From assembly GCA_019090455.1 (NCBI GenBank), contig JAHRWA010000026.1:1431-65430 (forward strand): a DNA stretch of 64,000 nucleotides, read 5' to 3'. Shown one piece after another: positions 1 to 6,787 of the stretch. The position numbers were made by a program, and so were the translations under genes. Numbering within the stretch: position 1 is the stretch's first letter; every line of letters begins with the position of its first letter. Under the pieces are notes generated by a model. The model was given only the letters and a program-made list of their open reading frames with translations, searched no databases and was not told where the DNA came from. Origin of the DNA: Pseudomonadales bacterium (GTDB lineage Bacteria > Pseudomonadota > Gammaproteobacteria > Pseudomonadales > DC-out160).

Positions 1-59
1 GGTAAATAGGGTGTGTCTAGTGTCGCAATAGTTTTTTGGGTTGTTAAGCTGATTTCTCT

Positions 60-373
60 GCTTCGGTTTACATTCACGAGGGTTAAGTATGAGGGTGCTA
101 AAGAGTGATGCCAAGCCATAAAAAATTATAGCATGATATTTTGAAACAGGAGGCATGGTACATCATGCAGTAAAATATTCAGAGACGCCGATCCTTGATT
201 TGAGCCACTCCGCTTACAGTTCGGTCATCACATCAACAGCGACGTCAAAGAAAATAGAGAGTGGAAGGCGCGGTTTATTTTACTATGGCTAACCTTTATC
301 GGAATGTTAATAGGATGGTTTGATTGGCGGGGAGCGCGGGGGATAAACGCGGGTGCTCATCCGACTAGCCGTC
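60..373. repeat. Structured intergenic repeat, long form, copy R0 (left limit uncertain, may continue toward window start)
   Basis: By-eye alignment: 120-373 aligns with 2330-2583 and partly with 4040-4205. Shared strings are ttgagccactccgct, ggaaggcg.cggt.tattttactatggctaa and a terminal hairpin module at 331-360. It ends 5 nt from the stop codon of the minus-strand gene at 374. Confidence 0.6.
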
Positions 374-1060
374 TTAATACAAATCATTACTTAATTCGAG
401 TAAGTTTTTGTAGCAGCCCAAAGCATTTATATGCGTCGCGTTACCAACCAAGATACAATCAATACCCGCCGCCGATGCGCCGCCAAGGTCTCTGCGAATC
501 GAATCACCTATTACTAAACACCTTTCCCTGCTTATATTAAGCTGCTTCATTACAAGCTCGAATGGCTTTGGGGATGGCTTTACCATTCCATGGTCTGATG
601 AAAATGATGAGGCAGAAAATAACTTGTTGATATCTGACTCTTCAAATAAATTAAGCCATTGTTCTTTTGGTGCCCAGATGTCGATAACAACGGCCAGTTG
701 ATATTTTTTACTTAGCCGATGGAGTACGTCGATATATTCGGAAGGAATATTTCCAATCTCATGCTGAGCAAAAGTGTCAACTAATTTTGATATTTCCTCT
801 TCAGGTAACGATTTATCTACGGCATTTCTAATAGTATCCTCTACAGTTGGAAAACTATGCCGATATTTTTCATCAGGGTATCGTTTATCTAAATAGGAAT
901 AAGCGGACCTTATGACACTATTCGCATCTTCTTTTGAAAGACGCCCACCAATCTTGTGATAGTACTTAGAGAAATCTTCATAAATACCAAAATTATCTTC
1001 ACCAAACATAAACGTACCATTCATGTCTAATAGCAATGCGGATTTATTTGAATACACCAA
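374..1060 (-). CDS. HAD-superfamily hydrolase (subfamily IA-like)
   Basis: Track ORF is 374..1159. HAD motif I variant LLLDMNGT and C-terminal LVIGDSIRRDLGGA are present. The first 33 codons of the track ORF lie on the intergenic repeat shared with 3335-3428. A TTG (1060) or GTG (1057) start preceded by AAAGGA is therefore more likely. Confidence 0.75.
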   Translation of the reverse strand: MVYSNKSALLLDMNGTFMFGEDNFGIYEDFSKYYHKIGGRLSKEDANSVIRSAYSYLDKRYPDEKYRHSFPTVEDTIRNAVDKSLPEEEISKLVDTFAQHEIGNIPSEYIDVLHRLSKKYQLAVVIDIWAPKEQWLNLFEESDINKLFSASSFSSDHGMVKPSPKPFELVMKQLNISRERCLVIGDSIRRDLGGASAAGIDCILVGNATHINALGCYKNLLELSNDLY

Positions 1061-1127
1061 GTTTCCTTTGACAGCTAATGCCCGCACTGCGGGAAAATGG
1101 AGCGCAGCGGAAAAACAGTCCGACAAC

Positions 1128-1283
1128 ATGCGCTTGTGTACGCCCGGCACGGTCATCAACTAACGAGGTGAAAGTCCTCCGTGGGAAAATCACCGTTGAA
1201 CAGCGCGTTGTAAGTAAACGAGAACCTAAAGTGAAAGGCAAGGGCGGGGAGCGCCGGAGAGATACCGGTGCTTACCCGATTAT
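1128..1283. repeat. Structured intergenic repeat, short form, copy A
   Basis: 1128-1222 aligns with 3335-3428 (gcgcttgtg.ac.cccggcacgg.cat...gaggtgaa.gtcctc...gttgaa...gtaagtaaacga). Terminal hairpin is AGCGCCGG/CCGGTGCT at 1250-1272. The motif ccgatta (1277-1282) contains the stop codon of the cupin gene. Confidence 0.7.
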
Positions 1284-1603
1284 GCATTTTCGCCACCTTC
1301 AGGACCATAAAAGAATACCCAGGTAGAAAAGTCATTTGTGAAATCTTCAAATCGGTGAACAACTCCCGCAGGAACAAATAATACCTCTCCTGCTTCGAAT
1401 TTTTTTCGATTATTGCCATTAACAAAATAACCCGAGCCAGTTGCTACAACATAAATTTCATCTCTTGAATGCGGACTCTGTAGGTCGATTTTATTAGGCT
1501 TGTATATTTCTACGGACATAGAGCCATGACTGAATAACTCTTTAAATGGTTTATCCGAACTTTCAATTATTCCGAGTGCATTTGATATCGTGAGCCTACT
1601 CAT
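1280..1603 (-). CDS. Cupin-domain protein
   Basis: Track ORF is 1280..1666 with a TTG start. Cupin motif 1-like is HSRDEIYVVATGSG and motif 2-like is GEVLFVPAGVVHRF. An internal ATG at 1603 with upstream GGGA is the more plausible start. Confidence 0.7.
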   Translation of the reverse strand: MSRLTISNALGIIESSDKPFKELFSHGSMSVEIYKPNKIDLQSPHSRDEIYVVATGSGYFVNGNNRKKFEAGEVLFVPAGVVHRFEDFTNDFSTWVFFYGPEGGENA

Positions 1604-1683
1604 ATATTCCCTATTTGCATAACGCAGCCATAATTCCCCGATTGCAGCGTAGCGAAAAGCGATCAAATTGATTGATGGCCTTG

Positions 1684-2166
1684 TTAGCTGTGGATTTCAT
1701 CATAAACACTGAAGCCACGTGACTTATAGTTATTTAAACCATTGGCGTGATCTAGAGTGCAGGTGTGTACCCAGACCCTTTCTGTACTGGAATATGACCA
1801 TGCTGATTTAATGGCATGACTTAGCAAATAACCACCAAACCTTTTACCTATAAAATCTGGAATTAAACCAAAATAAGCTAGTTCTATATTTCCTGACTCT
1901 TGACTGTGAAGCTCGTAATATCCAGCAACACTACCTTGCACATATGCCACCCATGTACGCAGTGAGGAATCTTCGGCATACGCCCTCCAATCAGAATCAG
2001 GTAAATTAAGCTTATCAGTCCATCCCCATTTCTCGCCAACTGCTTCATAGAGAAACTTATTGAAACGGAAGTTTTTTATTTCGGCTTCTACTATATTAAT
2101 ACCCTCAAGGGAAGGCTTGGCTTTCAGCTCATCCTCAGATCTCATTTCAAGATAATACGTAATCAT
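1684..2166 (-). CDS. GNAT-family N-acetyltransferase
   Basis: 160-aa ORF. An acetyl-CoA-binding motif A-like segment IGKRFGGYLLSHAIKSAW follows the beta-strand LAYFGLIPDF. Size is typical of GNAT proteins. Confidence 0.75.
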   Translation of the reverse strand: MITYYLEMRSEDELKAKPSLEGINIVEAEIKNFRFNKFLYEAVGEKWGWTDKLNLPDSDWRAYAEDSSLRTWVAYVQGSVAGYYELHSQESGNIELAYFGLIPDFIGKRFGGYLLSHAIKSAWSYSSTERVWVHTCTLDHANGLNNYKSRGFSVYDEIHS

Positions 2167-2183
2167 AGTTTGAACCTGTGGAT

Positions 2184-2583
2184 AGCTAACAGTTGGATAC
2201 GCAGAAACTTAATTAACAAGCAATTGGTCTCATCACGGTGAGGGCTTAATAACACAATACTATTCAACCACCAAAATTAGAATCGCATATTTTGAATAGC
2301 TTTGCTATTGCGTATTTACGAGAATTTAGAACGAGAGGGATGGTACAAAACGCAATAGAGTTTTCCGAGAGACGGAGCCTTGGTTTGAGCCGCTCGGCTA
2401 CGTTCGTCGCACTACAATTCGGCAGTCGGCATTGGAATTGGAATTGTCGATCAGCGGGACCAAGGCAAATAATGAATGGAAGGCGACGGTGTATTTTACT
2501 ATGGCTAATCTTTATCAGGGCCTTGATAGAATGTTTTGGTCGGGTGGGAGCGCCGGAGAGGCGCTGGGGCTTACGCGATTAAT
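2184..2583. repeat. Structured intergenic repeat, long form, copy R1
   Basis: 2191-2340 aligns with 3896-4040 (ag.tggata..cagaaacttaattaaca ... agaatcgcatattttgaatagctt.gctattgcgtatt.acgagaatttaga). 2330-2583 aligns with 120-373. A perfect terminal hairpin AGCGCC/GGCGCT lies at 2549-2565. There is no convincing ORF. Confidence 0.7.
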
Positions 2584-2631
2584 TGCCTATTATAAGGGTG
2601 CGTTCTCATGATCATCTCGTGCATGGTCTTG

Positions 2632-3270
2632 TTACAAGGAGCTATAGCTCAGAGCCTTGCTAGATTGATTGAAATCTGTAATTTTCTGATGATGAATCGT
2701 GCCATCACCTACTAGAACAAAATTCCAACTTAAATCTGAACATGCCTTCTTATCCCATGATGCATCGCCAAAATAGGTGATATTTGATGGCCTTTCCGAA
2801 CCGGATTTACTCAACGATAGCTTCATTATATCTACTCGAGCCATTGCATCATTGGCTGAGCAGATTACGATACCGCCAAAATCAAAACCAGCAGACTGCA
2901 ACTTCATTAGGGCAGTCTCAGCCCAACCTCCTGTCGCAACTCCTAAACCAACTTCAGGTTTAAACTTAAGTAACTCAATGAATTTTCGTGCCCCTGGTAC
3001 TTCGGATACTGGATGTTCTTTTAGGTGAGAATAAGTATTTTCAATGAAGCTTTCTTTAATACGTTTAACTAGTTCATCTTTGTGCCTAGTTAAATTGTGC
3101 GACTCTATAATTTCATTAAGAATTCCTGAGTCTGTTACATGCCTATACTCACCCCAATCATCTTTAAAATCTACATCTGCATGGCTCAATATGGCTGCTT
3201 TGTAGCAAGCTGAATCAAAGTCTGTAGACTGGATTAATGTCCCATCAATATCAAATATAATGTATTGCAC
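2632..3270 (-). CDS. HAD-superfamily hydrolase
   Basis: Track ORF is 2632..3363. Canonical motif I is FDIDGTL, with GDASWD near the C-terminus. The first 31 codons overlie the repeat. An in-frame GTG at 3270 preceded by AAGGA gives MQYIIFDIDGT. Confidence 0.75.
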   Translation of the reverse strand: MQYIIFDIDGTLIQSTDFDSACYKAAILSHADVDFKDDWGEYRHVTDSGILNEIIESHNLTRHKDELVKRIKESFIENTYSHLKEHPVSEVPGARKFIELLKFKPEVGLGVATGGWAETALMKLQSAGFDFGGIVICSANDAMARVDIMKLSLSKSGSERPSNITYFGDASWDKKACSDLSWNFVLVGDGTIHHQKITDFNQSSKALSYSSL

Positions 3271-3334
3271 AATTTCATTTTTTCCTTGTAACGCTAGCTT
3301 CTGGCCTGGCGCTTTTTTTGCGCGTTCGTTAGCA

Positions 3335-3533
3335 GGCGCTTGTGCACCGCCCGGCACGGGCATTGACTAATGAGGTGAAGGTCCTCTGTAGGAAGGTTAC
3401 TGTTGAATTCCGTGCTGTAAGTAAACGATAACTACTAGCGAGTGGTAAGTGGGTGTGGTGTGAATGATATCAAAAGTATATTTTGGTGGTGTGGGGAGTG
3501 CCGGAGAGACATCGGTGCTTAGCCGATTAGAAT
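3335..3533. repeat. Structured intergenic repeat, short form, copy B
   Basis: Aligns with 1128-1283. Internal hairpin is at 3363-3406 and terminal hairpin AGTGCCG/CGGTGCT at 3497-3519. The motif ccgattag lies at 3523-3530, 8 nt from the stop of the gene at 3539. Confidence 0.7.
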
Positions 3534-3538
3534 AATAG

Positions 3539-3874
3539 TTATTCGAAAACATACAACAATCCCAACCCCGTCAATGCCATAAAATATCCAGATATTACCC
3601 AGAAACCATCCGTAAGCAAATAACCACCTGAGCCATTTCTGGGGGAAAGCCACCGAGCTGCTAACCCTGGCAACAGCAGAAACAACGCGCTAAGTATTGC
3701 TGGAATATAAACATACTGGGGAACCGGCGCTCTCAGTGAGGGATAAACGATGTTCCCTGTTTTAGAAATGACATCGACTGCCCTATTAAACCCCTGAAAA
3801 TAGTCAACCGCGCCAGTAAACACTAATACAAATAAAATACTTATAACGACGCCCAATGTTTTATGTATTATCAA
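3539..3874 (-). CDS. Small hydrophobic membrane protein (3-4 predicted TM segments), unknown function
   Basis: 111-aa ORF with a TTG start. Hydrophobic stretches are GVVISILFVLVFTGAV, IPAILSALFLLLPGLAA and VISGYFMALTGLGLLYV. I recognise no family. Confidence 0.5.
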   Translation of the reverse strand: MIIHKTLGVVISILFVLVFTGAVDYFQGFNRAVDVISKTGNIVYPSLRAPVPQYVYIPAILSALFLLLPGLAARWLSPRNGSGGYLLTDGFWVISGYFMALTGLGLLYVFE

Positions 3875-3888
3875 AGTCTAATTCCAAT

Positions 3889-4205
3889 TTCTAAGAGCTG
3901 GATATACAGAAACTTAATTAACATGCATTTTCTGCCATCAAGGTGAAGGCTTATAACGCAATGCTATTCAATCACCAAAATAAGAATCGCATATTTTGAA
4001 TAGCTTAGCTATTGCGTATTGACGAGAATTTAGAGCGGGAGGCAAGTCATAAAAAACAGTTGAATTTTCAGAGAAACGGTCCTTTGACTTGAGCCACTCC
4101 GCTATGTGTATCGCACTACAAATCGACAATGCTGGTAACATAACAACAATGATTAACCGCTTACGAGATACGCGCCGTGATTTACTCTACAGAACATTTC
4201 CTCCA
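3889..4205. repeat. Structured intergenic repeat, long form, copy R2 (lacks the terminal hairpin module)
   Basis: Aligns with 2184-2480 and with 170-300. The right end (acgcgccgtgatttactctacag) is a diverged version of ggcg.cggt.tattttactatgg. It runs into the RBS of the plus-strand gene at 4243. Confidence 0.65.
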
Positions 4206-4242
4206 GAAGTGATGCTGCCGAAAGGAAAATGGAACGAGCCTT

Positions 4243-4827
4243 ATGACAACTTACCGTCTCAATAATAATGTTTTTGAATATAGTTGCGCCTACGTGAACT
4301 ATCGTGCGTTGCGCAGGCAGTTCGAGAAGTTAAGTGTCGAGTTTTCTCAACACAATCAGTCGTTGATTGAAGCTCTTACTGCCGAGTGGGTGCCAGTGGG
4401 CGTAGAGTTTAAAACTGAGACGAAGAAAGCCACTATGCCAGATATATCTATTTGGAACATGTCTTGTTTGGTTGTTAATGAAAAGGCGAAAACGGAACTG
4501 GCACCAATTCTTGAAGAATTTGGTGAACTCCTTCCTCTAGAAAATAAGTTTTATTTGTTCAACTGTTTAACCTCATTGAGTGGAGATGTGGTTGACCCTG
4601 ATAAAACCAGTGTCTTACTGGAAAATATCGATTCGGCACATATTCCTAAAACACTGGAATTTTTGCCGAATAAAATTGTTGGCAAGTCGATTTTTAAACC
4701 CGGCTTTGCGCTCAATACTTTTTTAGTCTGTCAGGATGATTTTAAAAAGGCAGTGGAGAGTGCAAATTTAAATGGTCTTCTGTTCGATGAAAATCTGGCG
4801 CAGATGTTTCCGAGAAAATCTGATTAA
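4243..4827 (+). CDS. Imm11 (DUF1629)-like putative immunity protein
   Basis: 194 aa. The pattern PDISIWNMSCLVVNEKAKTELAPILEEFGELLPL...KFYLFNCL...DVVDPDKTSV...KSIFKP...FLVCQDDFKKAVESANLNGLLF matches my memory of the Imm11/DUF1629 layout. Assigned from memory of the family, not from a search. Confidence 0.45.
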   Translation: MTTYRLNNNVFEYSCAYVNYRALRRQFEKLSVEFSQHNQSLIEALTAEWVPVGVEFKTETKKATMPDISIWNMSCLVVNEKAKTELAPILEEFGELLPLENKFYLFNCLTSLSGDVVDPDKTSVLLENIDSAHIPKTLEFLPNKIVGKSIFKPGFALNTFLVCQDDFKKAVESANLNGLLFDENLAQMFPRKSD

Positions 4828-4892
4828 TAGGGTTTTCTCGAATGAAAAGCCTGAGAGGTTTACTCTTTCTGTACCCGACTGGGTTTAGGGTT

Positions 4893-4914
4893 GGTGGCGC
4901 TTACTCCGATTAAC
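4893..4914. repeat. Fragment of the terminal module of the intergenic repeat
   Basis: ggtggcgcttactccgattaac matches g.tgcttacccgatta of the other copies. It lies 1 nt from the stop codon of the small minus-strand ORF at 4915. Confidence 0.5.
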
Positions 4915-5076
4915 CTATTCTTGTTTGTCATCTGGTCTAACTAGGTTTTCAGGCGTTCCTAGAGTTGTTTCGTTTTTCAGCTCTTCCTCAACCTCTTTAG
5001 ATGCTGGCTTAAATAATTCTTTAGAATACTTCTCTGCTTTTTTCTTCGCTATTTCATAGCGCTCTTCGTCGTTCAT
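4915..5076 (-). CDS. Hypothetical 53-aa charged protein
   Basis: Not in the ORF track because it is under 60 aa. I translated it by hand: ATG at 5076 to TAG at 4915-4917, giving MNDEERYEIAKKKAEKYSKELFKPASKEVEEELKNETTLGTPENLVRPDDKQE. Its stop abuts a repeat fragment, as for the other cassette-like genes. Coding status is unproven. Confidence 0.35.
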   Translation of the reverse strand: MNDEERYEIAKKKAEKYSKELFKPASKEVEEELKNETTLGTPENLVRPDDKQE

Positions 5077-5164
5077 AGCTCTCGTACCAAATAGTGTGGA
5101 TTTCCTCTTTTAGTGGCTTATCCTTTGAAAGCTTGAACCGCTTCTCTATTTTCAATCTCACAAG

Positions 5165-6787
5165 TTAAGTTTGCGGCACAACCCGTTTCTGAATAGCTTC
5201 ATGTTCGAGCCAAACTTTGCGTAAGTAAATAACGGGGAGTAGAGCGACAAGGAAAACCACTGTTGACACGATAAAGGAATCTTTGAAGGCAACAGCAACA
5301 GCTTGAATATGCAGTGAGGTGGCCAAGTGTTGCAATGCGACGGCTTGGCCTTCTATCGCGGAGATTCCTGAACCCAATAATTGTTCTTGCAGTATCGCGA
5401 GGGTTTCCAGGGTGGTGGTGTTAGTGGGGTCCTGGGTTGAGTTGACGGTGCTGACATGAAATTGAGTACGCCGGTAGAGAACCACCGAGAGTATGTTGAC
5501 ACCAAACGCACCGCCCAGTTGTCGTATAAAGTTAATCACACCGGCCGCCTGCATCATAAAAGCTGGATCTACTGCGCGCACGGCGGAAATATTCATGGTT
5601 GGCATGGCGAGGCCTATGCCTATTCGACCTATGATCAGCCACCACGCAAAGCTCCAAAAGCTGGTGTTGGTATCTGCCTGAACCATCAAGGCAAATGAAA
5701 TTGCGAAAAATATTATGCCTAGCCCTATTAGATTATAGGGTGGGAATTTATCCACCATTCGCCCGACAAAAGGTGCGACTAATGCTAAAACGAATCCCGC
5801 TGGCATCATCGCTAAGCCGGCATCAATTGGCGACAGTCCCTGTATCACTTGTAAGAATAGAGGTATTAAAAAGGTAGAGCCAAACAGGCCGGCACCAAAG
5901 ACAAACGCGCTCAATGCGAGAATTGAAAAACGTTTGCTCATAAATATTTTTATATCGAGCAGCGGGCTGCTTTGACGTAGTTCCCAAAAAATAAAGCCGA
6001 TCATCGCCACCAGAGCTGTCATTAGCAAAGTGATAATATAAGTTGATCCCCAACCTTCTTTTTCACCATTACTGATTCCCACCAACAGTGCGACGATGGC
6101 GGTGCTTAATAAAATTAAACCGGTCCAATCAAAGGGGTTGTTGGGTTTCTCTCCGTCTCGTTCTGGCAAAAACACGATGGCCATGGGTAAAGAGATAATC
6201 ATGGGAGGAATGCCGAGATAGAAGACGTAACGCCAGTTGAATGTTTCTACCATGAGTCCGCCAATCGTTGGCCCCAATGCGGGTGCTAGCATTGTGCCGA
6301 TTGAGGTGATGCCCATGGCGAAGCCTTGGCGGTTTGCGGGGAATAATTGAAAAACTAACGAAATGCTGAGTGGAGTCACGAATCCCGCGCAAAGACCCTG
6401 GACGATACGGGCGAAGATCATGACTTCTAAGTTTGGGCTGAGGCCTCCGACGACGGATGCGAGAAAGAATGTGACAATGACGGCTGTGACTAATTTGCGT
6501 AAACCGAACTCTCCTTGTACCCAGGCAAACAATAACATTCCCACTGTTGAGGCAGCTAGGTTTGCAGTGGATAACCACTGGGCCTCGTCCTGACCAATGC
6601 CGAACGCGCCCATAATTTGCGGCAGTGCGACGTTGATAGACGTGGCGGTTAGAAAGGAGGTTAGCGTGATGAGCATCGCGGTGAACATGGCTATCCAGCC
6701 GTAGCGTTCACCGTGTTGGCGAAATAAGGCTTTAATAGTGTCAGTCGTATTGAGCGTTGCTATATAGGATTCCAGCCTATCGGACAT
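5165..6787 (-). CDS. MFS drug/H+ antiporter, DHA2 (EmrB/QacA-like, 14-TMS type)
   Basis: 540 aa and highly hydrophobic with about 14 segments. It overlaps the upstream HlyD-family gene by 11 nt, which is operon-like. Confidence 0.85.
   Translation of the reverse strand: MSDRLESYIATLNTTDTIKALFRQHGERYGWIAMFTAMLITLTSFLTATSINVALPQIMGAFGIGQDEAQWLSTANLAASTVGMLLFAWVQGEFGLRKLVTAVIVTFFLASVVGGLSPNLEVMIFARIVQGLCAGFVTPLSISLVFQLFPANRQGFAMGITSIGTMLAPALGPTIGGLMVETFNWRYVFYLGIPPMIISLPMAIVFLPERDGEKPNNPFDWTGLILLSTAIVALLVGISNGEKEGWGSTYIITLLMTALVAMIGFIFWELRQSSPLLDIKIFMSKRFSILALSAFVFGAGLFGSTFLIPLFLQVIQGLSPIDAGLAMMPAGFVLALVAPFVGRMVDKFPPYNLIGLGIIFFAISFALMVQADTNTSFWSFAWWLIIGRIGIGLAMPTMNISAVRAVDPAFMMQAAGVINFIRQLGGAFGVNILSVVLYRRTQFHVSTVNSTQDPTNTTTLETLAILQEQLLGSGISAIEGQAVALQHLATSLHIQAVAVAFKDSFIVSTVVFLVALLPVIYLRKVWLEHEAIQKRVVPQT

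Noticed and set aside
1156-1199. The 44-nt CAAC...GTTGAAC hairpin as a self-sufficient canonical attC site
   Set aside because: It is present only in copies A and B and is deleted in R0 and R1. It is shorter than known attC sites and has an asymmetric 6-nt bulge instead of the usual spacer and extrahelical-base geometry. Sequence conservation also continues about 30 nt beyond it. I kept it as part of a larger repeat rather than calling it attC.
304-2582. Track ORFs lying on the intergenic repeats (304..540, 1044..1241, 1078..1326, 1156..1425, 2292..2582)
   Set aside because: They overlie repeat copies that differ by frame-breaking indels. They have arginine- and glycine-rich nonsense-like composition and no RBS. 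Conservation is at the nucleotide level, not the protein level.
1061-3363. Long N-terminal extensions of the two HAD ORFs (MMTVPGVHKR... and MPVPGGAQAP...), which look like a shared conserved N-terminal peptide
   Set aside because: The shared part is the repeat itself (ccgtgccgggcg.acacaagcgc). The two proteins are otherwise unrelated. HAD motif I must sit near the N-terminus, and in-frame GTG/TTG starts with good RBS exist at 3270 and 1057/1060.
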